Assembly: GCA_040754455.1 (NCBI GenBank)
Contig: JBFMCP010000052.1
Span: forward strand, 1-15,441
Direction: 5' to 3'
Source of the DNA: Nitrospirota bacterium
Lineage (GTDB): Bacteria; Nitrospirota; Thermodesulfovibrionia; Thermodesulfovibrionales; Dissulfurispiraceae
Length of the DNA stretch: 15,441 nt
The position numbers were made by a program, and so were the translations under genes. The notes below the pieces were generated by a model. That model searched no databases. It was not told the origin of the DNA and was given only the letters and a program-made list of their open reading frames with translations. Positions 1 to 8,785 of this stretch are shown here, piece by piece. Numbering within the stretch: position 1 is the stretch's first letter; each line of letters opens with the position of its first letter.

Positions 1-128
1 CCGGAGATAACGTGACGATAACGGTAGAGCTGATTGCACCCATTGCCATGGAGAAGGAACTGAGATTCGCTATCAGAGAAGGCGGTAGGACCGTGGGTGC
101 AGGCGTCGTTACCGAAATACTGGGGTAG
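1..128 (+). CDS. tuf: Elongation factor Tu, C-terminal fragment (5' truncated by window)
   Basis: Frame from nt 3 reads [41 protein letters not shown], the canonical EF-Tu C-terminus. TAG at 126-128. Directly upstream of rpsJ. Confidence 0.97.
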   Translation, partial: GDNVTITVELIAPIAMEKELRFAIREGGRTVGAGVVTEILG

Positions 129-132
129 TACG

Positions 133-438
133 GTGAATCAGAAGATAAGAATAAAACTGAAGGCTTACGACCACCGGCTGCTGGACCAGTCGGTGCGGGA
201 GATCGTGGATACTGCGCAGAGGACCGGTGCACGGATTGCAGGACCGGTGCCCCTGCCGACCAAGATCAGCAAATACACCATTTTGAGATCGCCCCATGTG
301 GACAAGAAGTCCCGGGAGCAGTTCGAGATACGGACGCACAAACGGTTGATCGATATTTATGATCCCACCCCTGATACGGTGGATGCGTTGATGAAATTAG
401 AGCTTGCATCAGGCGTAGATGTGGAGATAAAGCTATGA
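133..438 (+). CDS. rpsJ: 30S ribosomal protein S10 (uS10)
   Basis: [15 protein letters not shown]...GPVPLPT...[14 protein letters not shown] motifs. Start moved to GTG at 133; the ORF-track start at 97 overlaps tuf. Confidence 0.97.
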   Translation: MNQKIRIKLKAYDHRLLDQSVREIVDTAQRTGARIAGPVPLPTKISKYTILRSPHVDKKSREQFEIRTHKRLIDIYDPTPDTVDALMKLELASGVDVEIKL

Positions 439-1049
439 CAGGTATCCTAGGCAAGAAATTGGGAATGACGCAGGTATTTACCGAGGACGGCAGACTGGTG
501 CCGGTAACCGTGGTCGAGGCGGGCCCCTGTCCTGTGGTGCAGGTCAAGACACCAGAAAAGGATGGTTACGAGGCGGTAAAGGTCGGCTTTATCGAAGAGA
601 GAAAAGCAAAAAATGTGACCAAGCCCCTTGCCGGCATGTTCAAAAAGGCCGGGACCGCGATGTTCAAGGTCCTGAGGGAGTTCCCCATGACTGGATTGAA
701 GGTCGGTGATGTTGTTAAATCCGAGAGCTTTCAGAGGGGTGACGTCGTGGCGGTTTCCGGTATCTCTAAAGGTAAGGGGTTCCAGGGTGTCATGAAGCGG
801 CACAATTTTCTGGGTGGACCGGACACCCATGGTTCGATGTTCAACAGGGCGCCGGGCTCCATAGGTGCGAGCTCCTTCCCCTCGAGAGTCTGGAGAGGAA
901 TGAGGATGGCGGGGCATATGGGCAACGAACGGGTAACGGTGAGAAACCTGAAGATCGTCGATGTCAGGCCTGAACAGAATCTTATACTTATCAAGGGCGC
1001 TATCCCTGGCCCTACAAACACAATCATAGAGATTCGGAAGGAAGATTAG
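435..1049 (+). CDS. rplC: 50S ribosomal protein L3 (uL3)
   Basis: [13 protein letters not shown]...[15 protein letters not shown]...GHMG motifs. ATGA overlap with rpsJ. Confidence 0.98.
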   Translation: MTGILGKKLGMTQVFTEDGRLVPVTVVEAGPCPVVQVKTPEKDGYEAVKVGFIEERKAKNVTKPLAGMFKKAGTAMFKVLREFPMTGLKVGDVVKSESFQRGDVVAVSGISKGKGFQGVMKRHNFLGGPDTHGSMFNRAPGSIGASSFPSRVWRGMRMAGHMGNERVTVRNLKIVDVRPEQNLILIKGAIPGPTNTIIEIRKED

Positions 1050-1050
1050 T

Positions 1051-1692
1051 ATGCCGGAGAACAAGACGCTCGAAATAAAGGACACCAACAATAACGTGAA
1101 GGGTACGGTGACCCTACCAGCATCGGTATTCGGGAACAACGGTTCCGAAGCAGCGGTGCACAGTGCCGTTGTCGCATTCCTGGCGAATCAGCGGCAGGGG
1201 ACGCACTCAACCAAGACGCGCGGCATGGTGAGCGGCGGCGGCAAAAAGCCGTACAAACAGAAGCATACCGGCCGCGCTCGGCAGGGAAGCACCAGGGCGC
1301 CACAGTTTAGGGGCGGCGCCATAATATTCGGCCCCCAGCCCCGGGACTATTCCATGAAGCTGCCGAAGAATATGAGAAGGGTGGCGCTCTACAAGGCACT
1401 GTCCATGAAGCTCGCTGACGGCGAAATCGTGGTTGTTGATGCGCTTGCTCTCGATAAGCCGAACACGAAGGGAATGGCGAAGATTCTGAGCAACCTCGGC
1501 CTCTCGGAAAAGAGCGTGCTCATTGTGCTGCCCGAGAGCGATAAAAATGTCGTTCTTTCGGCGAGGAACATCCCCGGCGTGTCGGTCACGAGGGCGGCTG
1601 ATCTGAACGCCTATGAGGTTGCGGCATACAACAACCTGCTGTTTACAGCCGATGCGCTTAAGAAGCTGCAGGGAAGCGAGGAGGCGGCATAA
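1051..1692 (+). CDS. rplD: 50S ribosomal protein L4 (uL4)
   Basis: RQGTHSTKTRGMVSGGGKKPYKQKHTGRARQGS...FGPQPRDY motif and synteny. Confidence 0.98.
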   Translation: MPENKTLEIKDTNNNVKGTVTLPASVFGNNGSEAAVHSAVVAFLANQRQGTHSTKTRGMVSGGGKKPYKQKHTGRARQGSTRAPQFRGGAIIFGPQPRDYSMKLPKNMRRVALYKALSMKLADGEIVVVDALALDKPNTKGMAKILSNLGLSEKSVLIVLPESDKNVVLSARNIPGVSVTRAADLNAYEVAAYNNLLFTADALKKLQGSEEAA

Positions 1693-1693
1693 C

Positions 1694-1984
1694 ATGAAGC
1701 ATATCTACGATGTCATAAAGAAACCGCTCTTTACTGAAAAAGGAATGGACATAAAGGAGCGCGAGAATAAGATTCTCATTGAGATTGACGCCAACGCAAA
1801 CAAGCACGAAGTGAAAAAAGCGGTCGAGGAGATATTCAAGGTAAAGGTTGAGAAGGTTGCCACAGTGAATGTGAAGGGAAAGATGAAGCGGTTCGGCAAA
1901 TCGGTCGGGAGAAGGTCTGACAAGAAGAAGGCGATCATCACCCTGAAGCCCGGTGAGAAGCTCGACTTTATCGAAGGCGTATAA
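1694..1984 (+). CDS. rplW: 50S ribosomal protein L23 (uL23)
   Basis: YDVIKKPLFTEK...ANKHEVKKAVEEIFKVKV...KKAIITL. ATG at 1694 preceded by GGAGG. Confidence 0.97.
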   Translation: MKHIYDVIKKPLFTEKGMDIKERENKILIEIDANANKHEVKKAVEEIFKVKVEKVATVNVKGKMKRFGKSVGRRSDKKKAIITLKPGEKLDFIEGV

Positions 1985-1988
1985 AGGC

Positions 1989-2016
1989 CGTAACGCGTGA
2001 TGCGTAATAAGTTATA
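1989..2016 (+). repeat. Degenerate 7-nt tandem repeat, single arm (CGTAACG CGTGATG CGTAATA AGTTATA)
   Basis: Four 7-nt units read directly in the rplW-rplB spacer. Confidence 0.6.
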
Positions 2017-2041
2017 AGGAACCAAATAGGGGAAGAGGAAA

Positions 2042-2863
2042 ATGGGAATAAGAAAGTTTAATCCAACATCGGCGGGAAGAAGATTCCAGAGCGCATCGGA
2101 CTATAAGGATACGACCACTGATACGCCCTACAAGCCCCTTACCGTGCCGGCAAAGAAGACCGGAGGCAGGAACAACACCGGTGAGGTAACCGCCTGGCAG
2201 AGGGGCGGCGGCAATAAACGGCAATACAGGATAATTGACTTCAAGCGTGATAAAACCGGCATCCCCGCTACGGTAAAGACCATCGAGTACGATCCCAACA
2301 GGTCAGCGAGGATTGCCCTCCTCCAGTACAGAGATGGAGAGTACCGGTATATCCTTGCTCCCGTAGGGCTGAATGTGGGAGACACTATTATGGCGGGCAC
2401 GGATGCCGAGATAAAGCCCGGTAATGCATTGGTGATCAAGGATATTCCTCTCGGCACTACGGTCCACAATATCGAATTGAGGCCTGGGGAGGGCGCTAAG
2501 CTCGTGAGGGGCGCCGGCGCCGGCGCGCAGATTGTCGCCAAGGAAGGCAAGTACGCTCAGGTAAAATTGCCCTCCGGAGAAATGCGCCTTGTCCTCGCTA
2601 CCTGCATGGCAACAGTCGGACAGGTCGGCAATACGGAGCGCGAAAATATATCCCTCGGTAAGGCCGGCAGAAACCGTTATATCGGCAAGAGACCTCATGT
2701 GAGGGGTGTTGCCATGAACCCCATTGACCATCCGCTCGGCGGAGGTGAGGGGAGGAGCTCCGGCGGAAGGCCCCCCTGCTCACCATGGGGCAAGCCCGAG
2801 GGCGTGAGGACGAGACGCAACAAGAGAACGGATAAATTCATTGTAAAGAGGCGTAGCAAGTAA
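2042..2863 (+). CDS. rplB: 50S ribosomal protein L2 (uL2)
   Basis: GGRNNTG...[14 protein letters not shown]...[21 protein letters not shown] motifs. Confidence 0.99.
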   Translation: MGIRKFNPTSAGRRFQSASDYKDTTTDTPYKPLTVPAKKTGGRNNTGEVTAWQRGGGNKRQYRIIDFKRDKTGIPATVKTIEYDPNRSARIALLQYRDGEYRYILAPVGLNVGDTIMAGTDAEIKPGNALVIKDIPLGTTVHNIELRPGEGAKLVRGAGAGAQIVAKEGKYAQVKLPSGEMRLVLATCMATVGQVGNTERENISLGKAGRNRYIGKRPHVRGVAMNPIDHPLGGGEGRSSGGRPPCSPWGKPEGVRTRRNKRTDKFIVKRRSK

Positions 2864-2870
2864 ATTTGTA

Positions 2871-2928
2871 TATGGTTCATTGTTCTCCGTTCATGGTTTG
2901 ATGAACGACGAACAATGAACGGTGAACT
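2871..2928. repeat. Inverted pair of 7-nt tandem arrays (GTTCATN / ATGAACN family) forming a hairpin
   Basis: Left TATGGTT CATTGTT CTCCGTT CATGGTT; right ATGAACG ACGAACA ATGAACG GTGAACT. 2875-2894 matches the reverse complement of 2901-2920 at 18/20. Confidence 0.9.
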
Positions 2929-2945
2929 AAAAAAAGGAGGATTAC

Positions 2946-3224
2946 GTGCCGAGATCCTTGAAAAAAGGGCCTTTCGTTGAGGCCAAGCTTATGAAAAAGG
3001 TGGAGACCATGATTGCCTCCGGTGACCGGAAGATGATCAAGACCTGGTCAAGACGATCCACTATCGTACCCGAGTTTATCGGGTTTACCTTTGCGGTGCA
3101 TAACGGGAAAAAGTTCATTCCTGTCTATGTGACCGAGAATATGGTAGGACACAAGCTCGGTGAGTTCTCTCCAACGCGGACCTTTAAAGGCCACGCCGGC
3201 GGAGAGAAGGCAGCGGGAAAGTGA
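2946..3224 (+). CDS. rpsS: 30S ribosomal protein S19 (uS19)
   Basis: [10 protein letters not shown]...KTWSRRSTI...HNGK...[16 protein letters not shown] start after AGGAGG. Confidence 0.98.
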   Translation: MPRSLKKGPFVEAKLMKKVETMIASGDRKMIKTWSRRSTIVPEFIGFTFAVHNGKKFIPVYVTENMVGHKLGEFSPTRTFKGHAGGEKAAGK

Positions 3225-3245
3225 TAGAAGGAAAGGGATAGAACA

Positions 3246-3581
3246 ATGGTATCGAAGGCGATTTTGCGACATGCGAGAATAACCCCCCGTAAAGCACGGA
3301 GGGTCATCGATCTGATCAGAGGCAAACGGGCGGCCGATGCCCTGATCTCGCTCAGGTATATGCCGTATAGGGGGGCACGCCCTATCGAAAAGCTGCTGAA
3401 GTCGGCGATGGCGAATGCGGAGAACAAGAACACGCAGGTGGATATTGATAGATTGAAAATTAAGACGGCTTTTGTTGATGCTGGGCCTACGATGAAGCGC
3501 ATGGAGCCGCGCGCTATGGGAAGAGCGAATGTGATCCGTAAGAGGACCAGCCACATCACGATCATTCTTGCGGAGGAATAG
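3246..3581 (+). CDS. rplV: 50S ribosomal protein L22 (uL22)
   Basis: RITPRKARRVIDLIRGK...KLLKSAMANAE...PRAMGRA...RTSHITI. Confidence 0.98.
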   Translation: MVSKAILRHARITPRKARRVIDLIRGKRAADALISLRYMPYRGARPIEKLLKSAMANAENKNTQVDIDRLKIKTAFVDAGPTMKRMEPRAMGRANVIRKRTSHITIILAEE

Positions 3582-3591
3582 ATATGAGATA

Positions 3592-3678
3592 CAGAATCCA
3601 GAATTCAGAATTCAGAATTCAGGAGAAACAAGGCAAGGACATGACTTCTGTCTCCTGGCTTCTGTCTCCTGGCTTCTG
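3592..3678. repeat. Inverted pair of 7-nt tandem arrays (CAGAATT / NCTYCTG family)
   Basis: Left CAGAATC CAGAATT CAGAATT CAGAATT CAGGAGA (3592-3626); right ACTTCTG TCTCCTG GCTTCTG TCTCCTG GCTTCTG (3644-3678). Confidence 0.9.
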
Positions 3679-3698
3679 CTCTTTACGGGGGTGTTGAT

Positions 3699-4355
3699 TT
3701 GGGACAGAAGACGAATCCAATCGGTAACAGGCTGGGCATCATTCGTACATGGGAGTCGAGATGGTATCTTAAAAGAGGCTATGCCGATCAGCTCCTCGAA
3801 GACATCAACGTACGCAAGATGATCAAGCAGAAGCTTTTCCATGCCGGCGTGGCGAAGATCGAGATCGAGCGTCCCGGTCAGAAACTGAAGATCATCATTT
3901 ATACGGCACGCCCCGGTATCATTATCGGCAAGAAAGGCGCTGAGGTAGAGAAGCTCAAGAAGGAGATCGAAGAGGCGACAGGAAAGCAGGTTGCCATTGA
4001 TATAAAAGAGATCAGAAAGCCCGAGGTTGACGCCCAGCTTGTTGCAGAGAATATTGCGCTCCAGCTCGAGAAACGAGTTGCCTTCAGACGGGCGTTGAAA
4101 CGCGCCGTATCCTCCGCGATACGCTTCGGTGCGCTCGGCATCAAGGTCCAGTGCTCGGGAAGGCTGGCAGGTGCCGAAATCGCACGGACGGAATGGTACC
4201 GCGAGGGAAGAGTGCCCCTCAGCACCTTCAGGGCGAATGTGGATTACGGTTTTTCCGAGGCAAGGACCACCTACGGGAAGATCGGTGTCAAGGTTTGGCT
4301 ATACCATGGTGATATCCTTTCGGATCAACCAGTGACTTCAGCAGTGGGAGAGTAA
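3699..4355 (+). CDS. rpsC: 30S ribosomal protein S3 (uS3)
   Basis: [14 protein letters not shown]...[11 protein letters not shown]...[12 protein letters not shown]...GRVPL. TTG start. Confidence 0.98.
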   Translation: MGQKTNPIGNRLGIIRTWESRWYLKRGYADQLLEDINVRKMIKQKLFHAGVAKIEIERPGQKLKIIIYTARPGIIIGKKGAEVEKLKKEIEEATGKQVAIDIKEIRKPEVDAQLVAENIALQLEKRVAFRRALKRAVSSAIRFGALGIKVQCSGRLAGAEIARTEWYREGRVPLSTFRANVDYGFSEARTTYGKIGVKVWLYHGDILSDQPVTSAVGE

Positions 4356-4356
4356 C

Positions 4357-4776
4357 ATGCTAGCACCAAAAAAAGTGAAATTCAGAAAAACGATGAAGGG
4401 CAACATGGCCGGAAAAGCATACCGCGGCTCGGATATCAGTTTTGGTGATTTCGGCATCAAGGCCATGGAACCAGGCTGGATATCCAGCCGTCAGATAGAG
4501 GCTGCGCGAGTTGCGATTACGAGGGCTGCAAAGAAGGGGGTCAAGGTCTGGATCAGGATATTCCCTGATAAGCCGATTACCAAGAAGCCGGCGGAAACGA
4601 GAATGGGAAAAGGCAAGGGCAACCCCGAATACTGGGTAGCGGTGGTAAAACCGGGCAGGATACTTTATGAGGTATCGGGAATTACCGAGGACATCGCGAA
4701 GGAGGCATTCAAGCTCGCCTCCCGGAAGCTTCCTGTTTCGACAAAATTCGTAAAGAGAGAGGAGGCAGCCTCATGA
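4357..4776 (+). CDS. rplP: 50S ribosomal protein L16 (uL16)
   Basis: [11 protein letters not shown]...RQIEAAR...[22 protein letters not shown]. Confidence 0.98.
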   Translation: MLAPKKVKFRKTMKGNMAGKAYRGSDISFGDFGIKAMEPGWISSRQIEAARVAITRAAKKGVKVWIRIFPDKPITKKPAETRMGKGKGNPEYWVAVVKPGRILYEVSGITEDIAKEAFKLASRKLPVSTKFVKREEAAS

Positions 4777-4985
4777 AACCTTCTGAGCTGAGAGCATTAT
4801 CCATAGAGGAATTGCGACAGAAAGAGATGGACCTGAGGAAGGAGCTCTTCAATCTCAGATTCCAGCTCTCGAAGGGAGAACTGACGAACAACAGAAGGGT
4901 GCGTGATGTCCGCAAGGATATCGCACGGATCCTGACGGTAATGACTGAAAAAGGAGCTCCTGCCGGAGCCGGTAAGAGGGGTTAG
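4773..4985 (+). CDS. rpmC: 50S ribosomal protein L29 (uL29)
   Basis: MKPSELR...KELFNLRFQ...[13 protein letters not shown] overlap with rplP. Confidence 0.97.
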   Translation: MKPSELRALSIEELRQKEMDLRKELFNLRFQLSKGELTNNRRVRDVRKDIARILTVMTEKGAPAGAGKRG

Positions 4986-4987
4986 CG

Positions 4988-5236
4988 ATGCCGAAGAAGG
5001 TATATACAGGAAAAGTGGTAAGTGACAAGATGGACAAGACCGTTGTGGTGGCGGTGACGAGGACATTCCAGCACCCGCTGTACCACAAGACGGTGAAGAA
5101 GGTCACCAAGTTCAAGGCGCACGATGCAGAGAACAAGTGCAAGGCTGGTGACGTCGTCCAGATCGTCGAGAGCCGTCCGCTGAGCAGGGACAAGCGGTGG
5201 CAGGTCCTTAAAATAGTCGAAGGTGAGGGAAGGTAG
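4988..5236 (+). CDS. rpsQ: 30S ribosomal protein S17 (uS17)
   Basis: [14 protein letters not shown]...HPLY...AHDAEN...[16 protein letters not shown]. Confidence 0.98.
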   Translation: MPKKVYTGKVVSDKMDKTVVVAVTRTFQHPLYHKTVKKVTKFKAHDAENKCKAGDVVQIVESRPLSRDKRWQVLKIVEGEGR

Positions 5237-5238
5237 TC

Positions 5239-5607
5239 ATGATACAGACACTGAGCAGACTCGATGTTGCTGATAACTCAGGCGCTAAAAAGGTCATGTG
5301 CATCCGCGTCATGGGCGGCTCGAACAAGCGGTATGCCCGGGTCGGCGATATCATTATGGTAAGCGTGAAAGAGGCGATTCCCGACGGCAATATCAAAAAG
5401 GGGGCTGTCTCCAAGGCAGTCGTGGTCAGGACCAAAAAAGAGACCAAGCGGCCCGACGGCTCATATATACGGTTTGACCAGAATGCGGTCGTTCTTTTAA
5501 ACAACCAGTTGGAGCCGATAGGGACGAGAATTTTCGGACCTGTTGCAAGAGAGCTGAGATGGAAAGAGTTTATGAAGATCATCTCACTTGCTCCGGAGGT
5601 ACTATAA
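5239..5607 (+). CDS. rplN: 50S ribosomal protein L14 (uL14)
   Basis: VADNSGAK...AVVVRTKK...IRFDQNAVV...[12 protein letters not shown]...SLAPEVL. Confidence 0.99.
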   Translation: MIQTLSRLDVADNSGAKKVMCIRVMGGSNKRYARVGDIIMVSVKEAIPDGNIKKGAVSKAVVVRTKKETKRPDGSYIRFDQNAVVLLNNQLEPIGTRIFGPVARELRWKEFMKIISLAPEVL

Positions 5608-5608
5608 C

Positions 5609-5696
5609 GCGTTATTGCGTAGGGCGTAATAGCGTTAGTAAGGACTAATTGATAAAATAATCAACGCTCGACGCTATAACACTGAACGCTATAACG
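5609..5696. repeat. Inverted pair of 7/8-nt tandem arrays (GCGTTATA/GCGTTCA family, ~15-nt period)
   Basis: Left GCGTTATT GCGTAGG GCGTAATA GCGTTAG (5609-5638); right TCAACGC TCGACGC TATAACAC TGAACGC TATAACG (5661-5696). Confidence 0.8.
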
Positions 5697-5714
5697 AAGA
5701 TTGAGGAGGATACG

Positions 5715-6032
5715 GTGGGTTTAAGAATAAAAAAGGGTGATACGGCCGTGGTGATAACCGGCAAGAACAAGGGCAAGAAGGGAAGAGTATTGTCTGTTTC
5801 ACCCACTGAGGGCAGGCTTATTGTTGAAGGGGTAAACATTATCAAGAGACATACAAAACCCAACAAGAAATACACGCAAGGCGGCATCATCGAGAGAGAG
5901 GCGCCGATTCACATGTCGAACGTCATGCTGCTCTGTCCCAAATGCAATAAACCCGCCCGGATCGGCAACGCCATCCAGGCCGACGGAAAGAAGCTCAGAG
6001 TCTGCAGGCAGTGTAAGGAGGTTATCGAGTAG
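5715..6032 (+). CDS. rplX: 50S ribosomal protein L24 (uL24)
   Basis: [22 protein letters not shown] motif...VEGVN...[18 protein letters not shown] start after GAGGAGG. Confidence 0.98.
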   Translation: MGLRIKKGDTAVVITGKNKGKKGRVLSVSPTEGRLIVEGVNIIKRHTKPNKKYTQGGIIEREAPIHMSNVMLLCPKCNKPARIGNAIQADGKKLRVCRQCKEVIE

Positions 6033-6034
6033 TC

Positions 6035-6577
6035 ATGGCACCGAGGCTGAGAGAGAAATATACGAAAGAGATTGTACCGGCGCTCATGAAGGACTTTTCA
6101 TATAAGAGTATCATGCAGGTCCCCAAGCTGCAGAAGATTGTTGTACATGTGACGCTCGGTGAGGCAACCCAGAATATCAAGCTTCTTGATGCTGCCGAGA
6201 AAGAGCTCGCCGCCATCACCGGCCAGAAGCCGCTCATTACCAAGTCGAAGAAGGCGATTGCAGGCTTCAAGCTCAAACAGGGCGTGCCGCTGGGGTGCAA
6301 GGTGACCCTGCGGGGCGACAGGATGTACGAGTTCCTCGACCGTCTGATCAGCGTTGCGCTGCCGAGGATAAGGGACTTCAGGGGGCTCTCCACAAGGTCC
6401 TTCGACGGAAGGGGCAACTACTCCTTTGGACTGAAAGAGCAGTATATCTTTCCGGAGATAAATTATGACAAGGTCGAGATGGTGCACGGCCTGGACATCA
6501 CCATGTGCACCACAGGAAAAACCGATGAAGAAAGCAAGGCATTGCTGAGATATTTCGGAATGCCCTTCAGAAAATAA
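6035..6577 (+). CDS. rplE: 50S ribosomal protein L5 (uL5)
   Basis: [11 protein letters not shown]...ITGQKP...[14 protein letters not shown]...LPRIRDFRG...FDGRGNY. Confidence 0.98.
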   Translation: MAPRLREKYTKEIVPALMKDFSYKSIMQVPKLQKIVVHVTLGEATQNIKLLDAAEKELAAITGQKPLITKSKKAIAGFKLKQGVPLGCKVTLRGDRMYEFLDRLISVALPRIRDFRGLSTRSFDGRGNYSFGLKEQYIFPEINYDKVEMVHGLDITMCTTGKTDEESKALLRYFGMPFRK

Positions 6578-6589
6578 AGGAGGAGTTTG

Positions 6590-6775
6590 GTGGCAAAGAC
6601 ATGCATGATAGAGAAGGCAAAGAGGGAGCCGAAGTTCAAGGTAAGGGCCCACAATAGATGCAAAGTATGCGGCAGACCGCGGGCCTATATGAGGAAGTTC
6701 GGCATTTGCAGAATCTGTTTCAGAGGACTTGCGCTCAAGGGACATATTCCCGGAGTGACGAAGTCGAGCTGGTAG
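6590..6775 (+). CDS. rpsZ: 30S ribosomal protein S14, short zinc-binding type (uS14 C+, type Z)
   Basis: 61 aa with RCKVCGRPR...FGICRICFR...[11 protein letters not shown] at 6590 (in-frame TTG at 6587 is an alternative) after AGGAGG. Confidence 0.96.
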   Translation: MAKTCMIEKAKREPKFKVRAHNRCKVCGRPRAYMRKFGICRICFRGLALKGHIPGVTKSSW

Positions 6776-6785
6776 AGGTGGCGTC

Positions 6786-7181
6786 ATGGTAACCGATCCG
6801 ATTGCAGATATGCTCACCAGAATGAGAAACACGCTCCTGACGAAGACGGAGAAGGTCGATATTCCCGCTTCGAGAATGAAGGTGGAGATCGCGAAGATAC
6901 TGAAGGAAGAGGGTTTCATCAAATCCTATAAAATCATAAAGGACAAAAAACAGGGAATTTTACGGATCACCCTTAAATATACAGCGGACAACAAGCCGGT
7001 CATTACCGGCCTGAAGAGAATCAGCAAACCCGGCAGAAGAGTGTATACTGGGAAGGAAGAGGTACCCAAGGTGATGGGGGGCGTCGGGATCGCCGTCCTT
7101 ACGACATCAAAAGGGGTGCTGAGCGACAAGGTGTGCCGCCGCGATGGAGTCGGCGGAGAAGTACTATGCTATATCTGGTAA
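6786..7181 (+). CDS. rpsH: 30S ribosomal protein S8 (uS8)
   Basis: [13 protein letters not shown]...ILKEEGFI...[10 protein letters not shown]...TTSKG...GGEVLCYIW. Confidence 0.98.
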   Translation: MVTDPIADMLTRMRNTLLTKTEKVDIPASRMKVEIAKILKEEGFIKSYKIIKDKKQGILRITLKYTADNKPVITGLKRISKPGRRVYTGKEEVPKVMGGVGIAVLTTSKGVLSDKVCRRDGVGGEVLCYIW

Positions 7182-7191
7182 GGAGAGGGAG

Positions 7192-7734
7192 ATGTCACGA
7201 ATCGGCAAGAAACCTATAGAGATTCCGCAGGGAATCAATGTCGAGATACAGCAGGATGTGATCAAGGTGAAAGGGCCGAAGGGCGAGCTCAGCTACACCT
7301 TCCCGGAGGGGCTGAAGATCACCTCTGCCGACGGCAGGATCGTGATAGAGAGGAGTCAGGACTCCAAGACGGACCGTGCGCTCCACGGCCTTGCCCGGAG
7401 CCTGATCTCGAATATGGTGAACGGCGTCTCTCAGGGATATACCCGCGTGCTCGAGATTACCGGCATCGGGTATCGTGCCCAGGTAAAAGGGAGCAAGATC
7501 GCCTTTACCCTCGGCTATTCCCATCCCGTGGAGTTTCAGCTCCCTGCGGGCATTACGGCGAAGGTTGACGAAAAGCAGACCACGATCACGCTGAGCGGCA
7601 TTGACAAACAGCTCCTGGGCCAGGTCGCGGCAAATATCAAAGAGCTGAGGGCGCCTGATGCATACAAGGGCAAAGGTATCCGCTTCGCCGGAGAGAGAAT
7701 CAAGCTGAAAGCCGGTAAAACAGGCAAGAAATAA
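7192..7734 (+). CDS. rplF: 50S ribosomal protein L6 (uL6)
   Basis: MSRIGKKPI...VKGPKGEL...LGYSHPV...PDAYKGKGIR. ATG at 7192 after AAGGAG. Confidence 0.98.
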   Translation: MSRIGKKPIEIPQGINVEIQQDVIKVKGPKGELSYTFPEGLKITSADGRIVIERSQDSKTDRALHGLARSLISNMVNGVSQGYTRVLEITGIGYRAQVKGSKIAFTLGYSHPVEFQLPAGITAKVDEKQTTITLSGIDKQLLGQVAANIKELRAPDAYKGKGIRFAGERIKLKAGKTGKK

Positions 7735-7745
7735 ACGATGATTGC

Positions 7746-7764
7746 TGTCCGCCTCAGGCGGACA
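7746..7764. repeat. Perfect GC-rich inverted repeat TGTCCGCC-TCA-GGCGGACA (REP-like hairpin)
   Basis: 8-bp perfect stem with 3-nt loop in the rplF-rplR spacer. No U-tract follows. Confidence 0.7.
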
Positions 7765-7788
7765 TACATCTGATTGTGGAGGATGTCG

Positions 7789-8148
7789 GTGAGCATAAAA
7801 GAGCAAGCAAGAGAGAGGCGGCACGCAAGGTTGAGGAAGAAGGTGTTCGGGACTACTGAACGGCCGAGGCTCTGCGTTTACAAAAGCCTTAATCATATAT
7901 ACGTGCAGATTATCGATGATACGAAGGGCCGCACGGTGGCGGCAGCATCAACGACTGACAAGGATGTGAAGGGCGAGGCCGGGCATAAGGGCAATGTGGC
8001 AGCTGCCAAGAAGGTCGGACAGCTGATCGCTTCGAGGGCGATCGGAAGCGGCATCAAAAAGGTCGTCTTCGACCGCGGCGGATACAAATACCATGGCCGT
8101 GTCAAGGCGCTCGCTGACAGTGCGCGCGAGGGCGGCCTGGAATTTTAA
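7789..8148 (+). CDS. rplR: 50S ribosomal protein L18 (uL18)
   Basis: [19 protein letters not shown]...[31 protein letters not shown] at 7789 lies 6 nt after GGAGG; ATG at 7783 abuts the SD. Confidence 0.96.
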   Translation: MSIKEQARERRHARLRKKVFGTTERPRLCVYKSLNHIYVQIIDDTKGRTVAAASTTDKDVKGEAGHKGNVAAAKKVGQLIASRAIGSGIKKVVFDRGGYKYHGRVKALADSAREGGLEF

Positions 8149-8219
8149 ATTTAAAATGCAAAAATTAAAAATAAAAATTTCGAATTCCTTAATTTTGCAT
8201 TTTGCTCTTTCAACTTTGA
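8144..8219. repeat. Inverted pair of AT-rich 7-nt arrays (KYAAAAT / ATTTTGC family)
   Basis: Left TTTAAAT TTAAAAT GCAAAAA TTAAAAA TAAAAAT (8144-8178); right ATTTTGC ATTTTGC TCTTTCA ACTTTGA (8192-8219). Confidence 0.8.
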
Positions 8220-8239
8220 TTGTTACGTTATAAGGAGGT

Positions 8240-8782
8240 ATGGTGAAGACCGAGAGAATCGACCCCGATGGGCTTAACTTAAAGGATAAAGTTGTCTACA
8301 TCAACAGGGTTGCCAAGGTCGTTAAAGGTGGAAGAAGATTTTCCTTCAGCGCCCTTGTGGTGGTAGGCAGCGGTGACGGTATTGTCGGCGTGGGCAAGGG
8401 AAAGGCTTCCGAAGTTCCCGAGGCGATCAGAAAGGCTGTGGAACAGGCAAAGAAGCGGCTCATGAGATTCCCCATGAAGGATGGAACAATACCGCACCGG
8501 ATCATCGGGCGGTTCGGTTCGAACTCGGTCGTCATGAACCCGGCTCCCAAGGGTACTGGCTTGATCGCAGGCGGTGCGGTCCGCGCGGTATTCGAGGTCG
8601 CCGGCATCCACGACATCGTTGCAAAATCCCTGGGTGGACATAACCCTTTCAATACCGTGCGGGCGACACTGGACGGTCTCGGCAATCTGAAAGACCCCGA
8701 TGTCGTCTTCAAACTGAGAGGACGTGCGGAGGGTGAAGTTGCAGTGGTAGAGGAAGAGAGCGAACAGGAGGTCAAGAGCTAA
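8240..8782 (+). CDS. rpsE: 30S ribosomal protein S5 (uS5)
   Basis: [23 protein letters not shown]...[13 protein letters not shown]...[12 protein letters not shown]. Acidic C-terminal tail. Confidence 0.98.
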   Translation: MVKTERIDPDGLNLKDKVVYINRVAKVVKGGRRFSFSALVVVGSGDGIVGVGKGKASEVPEAIRKAVEQAKKRLMRFPMKDGTIPHRIIGRFGSNSVVMNPAPKGTGLIAGGAVRAVFEVAGIHDIVAKSLGGHNPFNTVRATLDGLGNLKDPDVVFKLRGRAEGEVAVVEEESEQEVKS

Positions 8783-8785
8783 GTC

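Noticed and set aside
3568..3842. ORFs 3568-3822 (+) and 3612-3842 (-) across the rplV-rpsC spacer
   Set aside because: Their sequences ([34 protein letters not shown]) are translations of the heptamer arrays, and they overlap rpsC out of frame or antisense.
8190..8222. T-rich tracts at 8192-8219 and 11602-11632 as intrinsic terminators
   Set aside because: They lack a compact GC-rich stem directly before the U-run and are the 3' arms of the heptamer cassettes inside an operon.
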